A DNA stretch of 24,591 nucleotides from contig WBXG01000025.1 in the NCBI GenBank assembly GCA_008932965.1, forward strand, positions 1-24,591. The letters are read 5' to 3'. A model generated the notes under the pieces. That model was given only the letters and a program-made list of their open reading frames with translations, ran no database searches and was not told the DNA's origin. The DNA comes from Verrucomicrobiota bacterium (lineage in GTDB: Bacteria > Verrucomicrobiota > Verrucomicrobiia > Chthoniobacterales > UBA6821). Positions 1 through 8,506 of the stretch are shown in pieces. The position numbers were made by a program, and so were the translations under genes. Position 1 is the first letter of the stretch. The number at the start of each line of letters is the position of its first letter.

Positions 1-132
1 CAACCCCCAACTAAGTTGATTGCCAGAATCTTTTCCGAGAATTAATGGGAATATGACGTTGCCTGAACCAAAGAGCATGGCAAACATAGCAAGCCCTGTG
101 ATGATAATTTTTTTAATATGAGTAAAAAACAT
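1..132 (-). CDS. brnQ: Branched-chain amino acid transport system carrier protein (BrnQ/LIVCS family). Only the N-terminal 44 codons are present; the CDS continues past the left edge.
   Basis: Absent from the ORF track because the window edge truncates it. The reverse complement of 132..1 reads ATG then MFFTHIKKIIITGLAMFAMLFGSGNVIFPLILGKDSGNQLSWGL. The G-x3-FA-x-FG-x-GN-x-IFP-x3-G block matches the conserved TM1 N-terminus of BrnQ carriers (recalled, not searched). An in-frame TGA lies upstream at 184-186, so ATG 132 is the first ATG. Confidence 0.6.
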   Translation of the reverse strand, partial: MFFTHIKKIIITGLAMFAMLFGSGNVIFPLILGKDSGNQLSWGL

Positions 133-303
133 GATGTGTGTAATAAAAAATAGAGTTTTACTAGGGAGTGAGAGCAGGTTGCTTCACAATGGCTCCAAAG
201 TAAAAATAGATGAAGTAAAGTATTATTATTCAAGAGGAAATGGTCCCCAATGAGATCATTAAAAATGAAATTTTAGGGACCATCCTTTTATGCTAGTGCC
301 AGT

Positions 304-2157
304 TTAATTCTTTTGCTGTTCACGAAAATACTTTAGATCCGATTCCGTAGTGGAGTAGGTGTTTATACCAATGTAGGCAACATTAAGCGCTAACCTAGCC
401 CACGTAAATGACGTAAAAAGATTCGCACCTATATAATAGTTCACAGCTATTTCAAAGGCAGCAGCGCCACATTCAACTGATATCCCCATGAGGGCGATCT
501 CAAGAGCAACATTTGCGATTTCCCAACAATCCCCCTTGGTAAAAGGTGAATTATGAACGGTATTACCCTCCCATACAGCCAAACCAGTGCCAATCACAGC
601 ATTGATAAAATTCCGCTGTAGAGTAAAGGGTGCTATTATCTCACTTAGAGAAATAAGTCTACCCAATTCATAATTTTTGATTGCAGTAAATAACATAGCT
701 TCAAGTCCATAGGCAGTAATTTGTGCAATTGCGACATTTTCAACTTGATCCCTGATCGTTATTGAAAGATCAGGATTCGTTATTGAAAGATCAGGATTCG
801 TTATTGAAAGATCAGGATTCGTTATTGAAAGATCAGGATTCGGTTTAAAGCAGCCCGTATCTCGATTTTCACTAAGATTGTCAGTATTAGCTAATGTGCA
901 AATTCTCAATCCAATCACATCACTTTTTGTAGAAGGATCAAAAGATTTTTTATTTGCATTTTCACTTTTTAACTGATCACTAGTTTCATTATAAGAACCA
1001 CCCGGTGCAAAAAACTCGCTTGTCCACTCTCTCACATTGCCACCTTGATCATACGTTCCATACGAACTTGGTGAATCTTTGAATAAACCTACGGGTGTCG
1101 TATTAGGGAGTAGTTCTTTTTCTAGTTCGTTTTCCCCAAATACTATTTCATTGGTAAATAGATTTTCAATCTGATGATAATCATCCATGTAATATTTTTT
1201 ATGGGGTTTTATTATAGCGAAATTAGCCCCCGTTTTAGAACAAGATGGATTATTAATAACAGTAGGACTTGGAGTTTGATAAGGTAATTTGGCGCTTTGA
1301 GTAGGATAGGACCAATAGCCAGTATTCTTTCCCTGAGCTTTGTAATAAGCAGCTTTGTACCATTGATCTAACGATGGCAAGAAATACCGAGCACCCTTCA
1401 TAAGTTCTCCATGGTGACCTTCTGTAAAGTCATAAGCTCCCGTTTCTGTGATTGCTAATAACTTTGCATTTAATGTGAACTGAACATATGGAGGATCGTT
1501 TTGACATAATTTAAGGTAGTCAGGTGCTCCATTGTGTAACCAGTTCAAATAGCGCTTACAATCATCGATACTTAAGCCAGTCATAGGAAGAGAGGCATAG
1601 TAATGACCTAATTCCATCCCATATTCTTTTGCGAAAAAGAGAGTTGTTACATGGCTAGTGAAATCAGTGGAGCTTATTTTTATTCTCACAACACCCGATA
1701 TCTTCGATAAGCAGGAACTCTGATTATTGGGATCAAACATCTCCTCATGGTACAGATTCCTTGGATCATCTTTATTTCCCTCTACTACATGTACTGCATT
1801 TAGAAATGTAGCCCATTGCAAAACAGTTACAGGATATTTTCCAATTTGGAAAGACTCCTGAACTGCTCCTAAGCCAGTGAGTGGATCGGGAAGATTGCCA
1901 GCATCCCCTACAGCAACTAGCTCGGGAATAACTGAAAGTGCTCCCGAAAATTTTGTATCCACAGGATCAATTTTTTTATTGATCTCTTGTGCCTCAAGAG
2001 GCAAAACAGTTAGAAATGTCAAAAAGATGCAAGCATTCCATAAGTATTTTAAGAGATGCTGATATTTTTTATATTTATTAGGGGTATGTCGGGTATACTT
2101 TTTTCTTTCTTTCTGGGTTATTAATTTTTGTAATGAACTTTTTGTTAACTGAAACAT
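304..2157 (-). CDS. FGE-sulfatase/SUMF1-family (DUF323) domain protein with a basic N-tail, a hydrophobic signal/anchor, four NPDLSIT heptad repeats and a roughly 150-aa hydrophobic C-terminal domain of unknown function.
   Basis: 617-aa ORF. N-terminus is KK-rich followed by LWNACIFLTFLTVLPLEAQE. FGE-domain hallmarks are IGKYPVTVLQWATFLNAV, GGNVREWTSEFFAPGGSY and VIGLRIC. These are followed by NPDLSIT x4 and amphipathic/hydrophobic segments (IANVALEIALMGISVECGAAAFEIAVNYYIGANLF). Confidence 0.75.
   Translation of the reverse strand: MFQLTKSSLQKLITQKERKKYTRHTPNKYKKYQHLLKYLWNACIFLTFLTVLPLEAQEINKKIDPVDTKFSGALSVIPELVAVGDAGNLPDPLTGLGAVQESFQIGKYPVTVLQWATFLNAVHVVEGNKDDPRNLYHEEMFDPNNQSSCLSKISGVVRIKISSTDFTSHVTTLFFAKEYGMELGHYYASLPMTGLSIDDCKRYLNWLHNGAPDYLKLCQNDPPYVQFTLNAKLLAITETGAYDFTEGHHGELMKGARYFLPSLDQWYKAAYYKAQGKNTGYWSYPTQSAKLPYQTPSPTVINNPSCSKTGANFAIIKPHKKYYMDDYHQIENLFTNEIVFGENELEKELLPNTTPVGLFKDSPSSYGTYDQGGNVREWTSEFFAPGGSYNETSDQLKSENANKKSFDPSTKSDVIGLRICTLANTDNLSENRDTGCFKPNPDLSITNPDLSITNPDLSITNPDLSITIRDQVENVAIAQITAYGLEAMLFTAIKNYELGRLISLSEIIAPFTLQRNFINAVIGTGLAVWEGNTVHNSPFTKGDCWEIANVALEIALMGISVECGAAAFEIAVNYYIGANLFTSFTWARLALNVAYIGINTYSTTESDLKYFREQQKN
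757..842. repeat. Perfect tandem repeat of a 21-bp unit (cgttattgaaagatcaggatt) x4 plus a partial unit. It is in frame inside the FGE-domain CDS and encodes NPDLSIT x4.
   Basis: Read directly: 757-777, 778-798, 799-819 and 820-840 are identical. The unit length is divisible by 3. Confidence 0.95.
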
Positions 2158-2634
2158 AATTTTATTTTTTTTGGGGTTTATAATTTTAGATAAAGAGAGA
2201 TGCCCTATTGCCGGTAATTAATAGCAATAACGAAAATGATTCGTATTTAGGAACAACAGTGACGAAGAGAACTAGTTCGTCATCTAGCGAGCAGAGTTTA
2301 AAGCTGCTCTTGCAGTATATAACTGCTAAGGGGTGTAAAATGTAGTCGCTCTAGCAGTGAGCGAGTCGAAGTAGTACACCAACCATCATTCGTTCCATCG
2401 AACGAATAATAGAGAGTCGCCAGGAGGAATTAACCTGACAATCCATAACAATAGAGCGTGCGCCAACACTAAAAAGATTGGTTAAGCGCTCTTGCATTGA
2501 AAACAACGCAAAGAATATTGGCACAGATTTATTCACAGAAACACGAAGCTATCCATCTATCAAATTATGTCAATCTTTTTCTGTATTTTTTATTTAAATA
2601 GAATTGAACTACAAATCATGACGCTCAAGCCACT

Positions 2635-2665
2635 AACCAGAATATTTCATATTGAAGTGTCCGAG
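2635..2665. repeat. Degenerate left-end fragment of the dispersed palindromic repeat family.
   Basis: aaccagaatatttcatattgaagtgtccgag aligns with the 18491 copy aacccggatatttcatactgatcgtgacgag at about 24/31 positions. It is intergenic, downstream of rplY. Confidence 0.4.
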
Positions 2666-2753
2666 TTAGTTAAAAAGTAGAGATTTTTTATTTCCCCAAT
2701 GCACCCTAGTTACAATTTTGTGAATTGCAAACAAGGTGAGCACTACACAACTT

Positions 2754-3416
2754 TTACTTTTTTGTATCTGCTTCAGCTGCAGGTTTCTTTTCCCTAATGA
2801 CTTCAGGAGCTTGCGGAGCCTCTTGGTTCTTGGAGGTATCCTCAACCTTAGGTTCTGCAACAAGGAAAACAGTGAGATCGGGATCCCCGGTGGTTGCAAC
2901 TCCGGAAGGCAGTACTAAGTCACGTACGTGAAAGGAGTGTCCAATACCAAGAGATGAGACATCTACTCGAATACTCTCAGGAAGATCTTTGGGCAAACAT
3001 TCAATAGAAATGTGCCGTACTAGTTGTTCGAGCAATCCTCCATAATTTTTAACTCCTTCAGCTTCTCCAAAAGCTTCCAAAGGAACCTCTGTATGGAGAA
3101 GCTCGTTCATCGAGACTTCAAGAAAATCAACATGAAGAATGTCACCACGAACAGGATGGTGCTGAACCTCTTGAATGAGTGAGAGACGACTCTTGGTTCC
3201 TTTTTCCTCTGTGATTTCAAGCTCCACGAGGATGTTTTCACCAGAAGCATGAGCCAAAAGACGTTTAATGTCTTTTGCATTTATTTCAATATTTGCTGGT
3301 TCATTTTTAGGACCATAAATATTTGCTGGAACAGCTCCTCGAGAACGAAGTTGTTTGACTGAATTACGACCGACATGCGTGCGGTGTTGTGCGGAAAGTT
3401 TTACCTGTTTTGCCAT
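2754..3416 (-). CDS. rplY: 50S ribosomal protein L25 / general stress protein Ctc (long form).
   Basis: 220 aa. RTHVGRNSVKQLRSRGAVPANIYG and HPVRGDILHVDF are typical of L25/Ctc. The acidic/Lys-rich C-terminal tail is typical of Ctc-type L25. Confidence 0.9.
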   Translation of the reverse strand: MAKQVKLSAQHRTHVGRNSVKQLRSRGAVPANIYGPKNEPANIEINAKDIKRLLAHASGENILVELEITEEKGTKSRLSLIQEVQHHPVRGDILHVDFLEVSMNELLHTEVPLEAFGEAEGVKNYGGLLEQLVRHISIECLPKDLPESIRVDVSSLGIGHSFHVRDLVLPSGVATTGDPDLTVFLVAEPKVEDTSKNQEAPQAPEVIREKKPAAEADTKK

Positions 3417-3455
3417 GGGATTAATGTGTCAAGGTGGGAAGTTTCAATGATAGGG

Positions 3456-4403
3456 TTATTTTAACCTAAATAGCGAACTGACAGATTCACCTTCATGGAT
3501 ACGACGTATTCCTTCACCGAGTAACTCGGCAATGGAAAGCACCTTCACATGGTCTGCCAGATCATGGCGGACAGGAACGCTATCAGTAGTGATGAGTTCT
3601 TTAATTTCTGAACCCTTCAATCGCTCAACCGCTAAATCTGTCAGTACTGCGTGCGAGACGCCAGCATAAATATCACAAACCCCTAAAGTTTTTAATATTT
3701 TTGCTGCACTGGTGATAGTTCCAGCGGTTTCAGTAAGGTCATCTATGATGAGGACATTCTTCCCTTCGACTTCACCAATCACATGAGAAGCGTCCACTTC
3801 CGTAGCACTACGACGGCGTTTCACCACAATAGCAAGACTGGCTCCAAGCGTCTCTGCATAAGCAGAGGCCATCTTAACACCACCTACATCAGGAGAGACA
3901 ACGACAAGATTTTCAAGATTCATAGCACGAATATGTTGAACCATGACCGGGAGTGCATACAAGTGATCCACTGGAATATCAAAAAATCCTTGGAGCTGCT
4001 GTGCATGGAGATCCATTGTTAAGACACGCTGTACACCAGCTGCAACAAGGATATTGGCCACTAATTTTGCAGTGATAGGAACGCGTGGTTGATCTTTGCG
4101 ATCCTGTCGTGCATAGCCAAAAAAAGGAATAACCGCCGTAATTCGATCGGCGCTCGCTCTGCGAGCTGCATCAACCATAATGAGCAGCTCCATAATATTT
4201 TGATTCGTTGGAGGACATGTCGGTTGGATGATGAACACATCCTGCCCACGGATATTATCATTAATTTTCACAAATGTTTCTCCGTCTGGAAAAGAGGTGA
4301 CAGTGGCATCTGCGAGTTGTTGCCCTAAATATGAGGCAATATCGGAAGCAAGCTGTGGATGAGCTGAGCCGGTGAACAAGCGTAATTTTTGCTTCGTAAT
4401 CAT
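3456..4403 (-). CDS. prs: Ribose-phosphate pyrophosphokinase (PRPP synthetase).
   Basis: 315 aa. Motifs: YARQDRKDQPRVPITAK, DLHAQQLQGFF, VVSPDVGGVK and the PRPP-binding loop LIIDDLTETAGT. Confidence 0.95.
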   Translation of the reverse strand: MITKQKLRLFTGSAHPQLASDIASYLGQQLADATVTSFPDGETFVKINDNIRGQDVFIIQPTCPPTNQNIMELLIMVDAARRASADRITAVIPFFGYARQDRKDQPRVPITAKLVANILVAAGVQRVLTMDLHAQQLQGFFDIPVDHLYALPVMVQHIRAMNLENLVVVSPDVGGVKMASAYAETLGASLAIVVKRRRSATEVDASHVIGEVEGKNVLIIDDLTETAGTITSAAKILKTLGVCDIYAGVSHAVLTDLAVERLKGSEIKELITTDSVPVRHDLADHVKVLSIAELLGEGIRRIHEGESVSSLFRLK

Positions 4404-4655
4404 GAAAATTTGGAACGAGAGGAAGTATGTATTGTTAGGATCTTAGAGTAGTGACCCTAAAAATGTGAATGCGAATGAGAAGTAAGACGTCAAGACTTGA
4501 TCTCAGATTATATTTAAAAGCATGCAGCTCTCATGGATGGTGTGTCAACGATTTGAAAAATCAACCTTATCACGTCTGTCTTTCCATTGAATACACTATT
4601 TAGTACCTCTTTCTCTAAAAAAGGATTTTAACGTTTTCCGCTAACTCTTACCTCA

Positions 4656-5432
4656 TCACTTAGCACTAGTTGGCGGTAAGGATAGGGGAATTGTTGGCTG
4701 CAATTTTACTTGCTCCAATCGCCTCAAATATGCCTTTTCAAGCAAGTCGCACCGCTCACTGATAGAGGGATCCTTTTTTTTCATTCTTGCAAAAAGTAAT
4801 TCGTAATAGGCTCTGAGTGCTTGGCGCTTTTCTTCATCGGTTGTTGCGTGATCCGCTTTTTCTTTGAGAGCACTCAGCTCTGGTTCTTTTTCAACTTCAG
4901 TTCGTACTTCGTAGTATCTTACTTTTAATTCTTGCTTCTTTTTCTCAACACTTTCGGTAGAGGGTAGCTCTGCTAATGAGGAGCTGGTTTGTTCTACTTG
5001 ATTGGATGCTGGAGCTACGGGAGCGTTTGTATCATTATTAGAACTGGTGGAGGAACTATCTATAGGAGGAAGCATCGATGGATCGGTCGGTGTTATGGAT
5101 AAGGGAGCATCCATAGAGGCTTTAGGAGATGGCTCTGTAGAGGGGACTAAAGAAACTGATGAATCGCTCTGAGGTGCTGGGGTTTCCTGAGGTAGTGATC
5201 CCTCTTTCTTGTTTTCTGCATCACGAGAGGGGGGTGGGGTAGTAACCTCTGGTGAAGGAGAGGGAATAGCTTCGCTCACTGGAGGAGCTACTTGTGGGGT
5301 GGTAGTTTCTTGTGACTTAAGAGAACTAGCTATGATGAAGGAAAAAAACACCCAAGGAATAAATCTAGATAAAGCAATCATAAAATTAAATGTTGTGTGG
5401 ATGAGCTCGGATATTTCATACTGAAGTCTCAT
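4656..5432 (-). CDS. Hypothetical exported or anchored protein with an N-terminal hydrophobic segment, a long Pro/Ser/Thr-rich low-complexity linker and a charged helical C-terminal domain.
   Basis: 258-aa ORF with no competing ORF. Hydrophobic FIPWVFFSFIIASSL is followed by about 130 aa of P/S/T-rich sequence, then KKKQELKVRYYEVRTEVEKE...RQALRAYYELLFARMKKK. The start is uncertain; an alternative Met at 5381 gives MIALSRF.... No family was recognised. Confidence 0.55.
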   Translation of the reverse strand: MRLQYEISELIHTTFNFMIALSRFIPWVFFSFIIASSLKSQETTTPQVAPPVSEAIPSPSPEVTTPPPSRDAENKKEGSLPQETPAPQSDSSVSLVPSTEPSPKASMDAPLSITPTDPSMLPPIDSSSTSSNNDTNAPVAPASNQVEQTSSSLAELPSTESVEKKKQELKVRYYEVRTEVEKEPELSALKEKADHATTDEEKRQALRAYYELLFARMKKKDPSISERCDLLEKAYLRRLEQVKLQPTIPLSLPPTSAK

Positions 5433-5508
5433 GAGGCGCCATGCAAAGCTTATTAATGCTAGCCGGTCGATGGATTGTGATACCGATGTAGTCTACGGCC
5501 CTCTCCAA

Positions 5509-5564
5509 ATCACTATTTGAAACCAACACAGCAGTAATAAGCATTCCACAAGCCGTTCTAGATT
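5509..5564. repeat. Degenerate arm of the dispersed repeat family, paralogous to 22308..22363.
   Basis: atcactatttgaaaccaacacagcagtaataagcattccacaagccgttctagatt aligns with atcactattcgagaccaatgcagtaacaatgagctttccacaagccgtaatagatt at roughly 80% identity with two small gaps. Both also align loosely to the right arm of the 249-bp copy. Confidence 0.6.
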
Positions 5565-5636
5565 AAGCCTAAAATATCAGAGCTAGCGGCTATCATTAAA
5601 ATACCTCTTGAGATTAATACAGGAATGATGGCCTTT

Positions 5637-7055
5637 TCAAGAATTAGATTCCTGAGGTAGTAGCTTCTGTTCGTTTTTTGTATCTTTGATTATCCACCCA
5701 TGGGCTTTGATCGCATCACGAAGACGATCGCTTTCAATCCAATTTTTTGCAGCTCTAGCTTTGTATCGCAAGGATACTAGCTGTTGAACGTTCTTGGGAA
5801 TCTCTTTGGGATGAGAGTCGGGCGTTATTGCTAGGATACTATCTACCCGATGCCACCAATCGAGTAATGCCATGGCCTCGTTATGCGAGAGAATTTCTTG
5901 ATCAAGCAGGCGATGTGATTCACGAATGACATCAAATAATACGGCTAATGCAGCTGAAATATTCAAATCGTCGTCGAGTGCAATAAAAAAATCTTCGAGA
6001 GTAGTGAAGCAAGTCTCCTTCTTGATGATGGGCGCTGAGTCTGCGGCGTGCTGAATAAATTCTTCAAGACGCCTTATCCACTCATCAATGCGATAGAGAG
6101 AATGACGTGCCGCTTCCAGTCCCTCCATAGTAAAATTGAGTGGCATTCGATAGTGCACACTCAACAACACATAACGAATTTCACGTCCACTCCAGCTGCG
6201 CTTCATCAAGTCGCGTACGGTATAAAAATTTCCTGCCGATTTGGCCATTTTCATTCCATCGACCATAAGATGTGCACAATGCATCCATAATCGTGCAAAT
6301 GTTCGACCGCTCACACATTCACATTGAGCAATTTCTGCTTCATGATGGGGAAACATATTATCAACACCCCCACAGTGAATATCAATGGTATCGCCTAACA
6401 AGCGCGTTGCCATGGCACTGCATTCAATATGCCAGCCAGGACGTCCTGGTCCCCAGGGGCTCTCCCAGGAGGCAGCGTCATCTTCTTGATTCCAAGCTTT
6501 CCAAAGAGCAAAGTCAGCAATTTCTTCTTTCGTATATTCGTCATTTTTAATTCGTTTGGAGGACCGTTGAGCATCGAGATCAACATGAGCTAATTGCCCG
6601 TAGCGAGGAAAGGAAGCGATTCTAAAATAGACTGAGTGATCTTCTGCCTGGTAGGCGTGGCCTTTTTCAACAAGGGTCTGAATCATAGCAATCATTGCAG
6701 CAATATTTTCTGGGTCAGTAGCAGCTGGATAACTCGTAGCAGGCCGCAAACGCAGTGCATCACAATCTTCAAAAAAAGCCTTTTTATAACGTGCTGTGTA
6801 CTCCTGCAAGAGCATTCCCTCTCTGCGTGCTCCTCGGATTGTTTTATCATCTACATCGGTTAAATTCATAACTCGATTGACGGTATTACCTCGAGCTTCC
6901 AAGTGGCGTTGCAATAAGTCCTCAAAAACATAAGCCCGAAAATTTCCAATATGGGCATAGTCATAAACAGTCGGCCCACAGGTGTAGAATCGAATGATTT
7001 CTCCGGGAGTGAAATGTTCCTGCTGACGTGTGAGGGTGTTATAGAAGTGAAGCAT
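5637..7055 (-). CDS. cysS: Cysteine--tRNA ligase.
   Basis: 472 aa. Motifs: CGPTVYDYAHIGNFR (HIGH), WHIECS and KMAKSAGN (KMSKS). Confidence 0.95.
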   Translation of the reverse strand: MLHFYNTLTRQQEHFTPGEIIRFYTCGPTVYDYAHIGNFRAYVFEDLLQRHLEARGNTVNRVMNLTDVDDKTIRGARREGMLLQEYTARYKKAFFEDCDALRLRPATSYPAATDPENIAAMIAMIQTLVEKGHAYQAEDHSVYFRIASFPRYGQLAHVDLDAQRSSKRIKNDEYTKEEIADFALWKAWNQEDDAASWESPWGPGRPGWHIECSAMATRLLGDTIDIHCGGVDNMFPHHEAEIAQCECVSGRTFARLWMHCAHLMVDGMKMAKSAGNFYTVRDLMKRSWSGREIRYVLLSVHYRMPLNFTMEGLEAARHSLYRIDEWIRRLEEFIQHAADSAPIIKKETCFTTLEDFFIALDDDLNISAALAVLFDVIRESHRLLDQEILSHNEAMALLDWWHRVDSILAITPDSHPKEIPKNVQQLVSLRYKARAAKNWIESDRLRDAIKAHGWIIKDTKNEQKLLPQESNS

Positions 7056-7063
7056 AGGAAATT

Positions 7064-7567
7064 TTACAATATCGGATCTAGATCCTCCTTCATTTCTAGA
7101 GATGCTGTTGCAAGAGCCGCGATTCCTTCACCACGTCCTAGGGCCCCGAGACCCTCATTAGTCGTGGCTTTGAGGCCTACTGATGTGATTGAGATATTTA
7201 ATGCTAACGCTAGAGCTAATCGCATTGAGTCGACATAAGGTGTGATCTTAGGTTCTTCGGCAATAACAGTGGCATCGATATTAATGATTTTTCCACCCTC
7301 TGCATGAATGATCTCTGCTACTTTTTTTAGAATAATGAGGCTTGAAATATTCTTAATAGAGGGATCCGTATTAGGAAAATAGGTGCCAATATCTCGCTTG
7401 CCAGCAGCCCCGAGTAGAGCATCAGCAATAGCATGGGCGAGGACATCTGCATCAGAATGACCTGCGAGTCCTTTATTTTGGGGATGCGGAATGGATACTC
7501 CTCCTAAGACAAGAGGACGACCTATTTCAAAAGGATGAATATCGTAGCCAATACCGGTGCGAGTCAT
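7064..7567 (-). CDS. ispF: 2-C-methyl-D-erythritol 2,4-cyclodiphosphate synthase.
   Basis: 167 aa. Motifs: GIGYDIHPF and GHSDADVLAHAIADALLGA. It ends 8 nt upstream of the cysS start. Confidence 0.95.
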   Translation of the reverse strand: MTRTGIGYDIHPFEIGRPLVLGGVSIPHPQNKGLAGHSDADVLAHAIADALLGAAGKRDIGTYFPNTDPSIKNISSLIILKKVAEIIHAEGGKIINIDATVIAEEPKITPYVDSMRLALALALNISITSVGLKATTNEGLGALGRGEGIAALATASLEMKEDLDPIL

Positions 7568-7651
7568 TTGTGGCTAAGTGTATTAATTTGTGAAAGGCGC
7601 GTTAAGCTGATATTTGGTGCTTTTTTCTCCCCCTTAATGTCCCTTTTCCAA

Positions 7652-8428
7652 TCATGCTGTTAGCAGTTCCATCGGAAGACTTCCACTTGCAGCCACAATA
7701 GAATATTTATCAGCTTCGGTAAGGTGTGGTTTTAAATGAACAATACCACCTGCCATTTCCACCATCAGGACTCCTGCAGCGATATCCCAAAGACTTATTT
7801 GTCCTTCAATATAGGCATCGAGTCGGCCGCAAGCAACATAGGCAATATCGAGGGTAGCACTTCCCATCATTCGGCATTTATGGGCAGAGCGTAAAAGTTC
7901 AATAAAATGGGGCAGTGTCTTTTCCATTGTTGTTGCACTTTTCGACATACCGATGGAAAGAACAGACTCACTTAATTGAGATCTCGAGCTAACCACAATT
8001 GGTTTATTATTCATAAGCACAGAGCCTCCTCTACATGCTTCCCATAATTCTTTTCTGATTGGATCGTAGATAACACCTATCACTGTTTCCTTATTGCGTT
8101 GCAGTGCAATGGAGATAGCAAAATGGGGTATTCCATAAAAAAAATTTACCGTTCCATCAATAGGATCAATGACCCATCGATATTCTGAATGAGGATCGCC
8201 ACTGATGCCCTCCTCCCCATAAATAGCATCATCGGGAAATGATAATTTTAGTTTTTTTTCAATCAACTCTTGCGAGCGTCGATCTAATTCTAACTTGATA
8301 TCGTGTGCTTCACGATGATCGACAAGTAGCTCTTGTTGATTTTTAAGAGCGTTTTCACGTAGTAACTCGCCGGCAGCTAAAGCTGCCTCTCGAGCGCTAC
8401 AAAGTTGTTTTTGATAAGAATGATTCAT
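7652..8428 (-). CDS. Inositol monophosphatase family protein (SuhB/CysQ/HisN-like; substrate not assignable).
   Basis: 258 aa. Motifs: GEEG, WVIDPIDGTVNFFYGIPHF and WDIAAG, the IMPase metal-binding signatures. Confidence 0.85.
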   Translation of the reverse strand: MNHSYQKQLCSAREAALAAGELLRENALKNQQELLVDHREAHDIKLELDRRSQELIEKKLKLSFPDDAIYGEEGISGDPHSEYRWVIDPIDGTVNFFYGIPHFAISIALQRNKETVIGVIYDPIRKELWEACRGGSVLMNNKPIVVSSRSQLSESVLSIGMSKSATTMEKTLPHFIELLRSAHKCRMMGSATLDIAYVACGRLDAYIEGQISLWDIAAGVLMVEMAGGIVHLKPHLTEADKYSIVAASGSLPMELLTA

Positions 8429-8430
8429 AG

Positions 8431-8467
8431 AAAAAAATTGGGAAAAGCGCGTTCACGCTTCTCCCAA
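8431..8467 (-). terminator. Rho-independent terminator downstream of the histone-like gene.
   Basis: The minus-strand RNA reads UUGGGAGAAGCG-UGAACG-CGCUUUUCCCAA followed by UUUUUUU. That is a 12-bp stem with one G-U pair, a 6-nt loop and a 7-U tract. Confidence 0.8.
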
Positions 8468-8506
8468 TCTTTGGCTTTTTAAAAGGATGTACTAGATCGA
8501 AGAATG

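Noticed and set aside
42-233. 63-aa minus-strand ORF at the left edge.
   Set aside because: It overlaps, in a different frame, the brnQ-like N-terminus (1..132), which has a recognisable conserved motif. The 63-aa translation is Leu/Cys/Ser-rich and unrecognisable.
240-283. Inverted repeat ATGGTCCC ... GGGACCAT downstream of the FGE-domain gene as a terminator.
   Set aside because: The 8-bp stem is perfect, but the loop is 28 nt and no U-tract follows on the minus strand. This is not convincing as an intrinsic terminator.
757-842. Tandem repeats as a possible CRISPR array (also 8583..8654).
   Set aside because: The units are directly adjacent with no spacers. They are 21 and 18 bp long, lie in frame inside long CDS, and no cas genes are present.
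2351-2899. Small ORFs in and around the 600-bp gap (2351..2536 -, 2666..2899 -, 2736..2918 +).
   Set aside because: None shows a motif. Two of them overlap the well-supported 3' end of rplY. The region is better described as non-coding with hairpins.
5685-5700. DnaA-box-like TTATCCACC.
   Set aside because: It is a single 8/9 match inside the cysS coding sequence, with no cluster and no AT-rich unwinding region.
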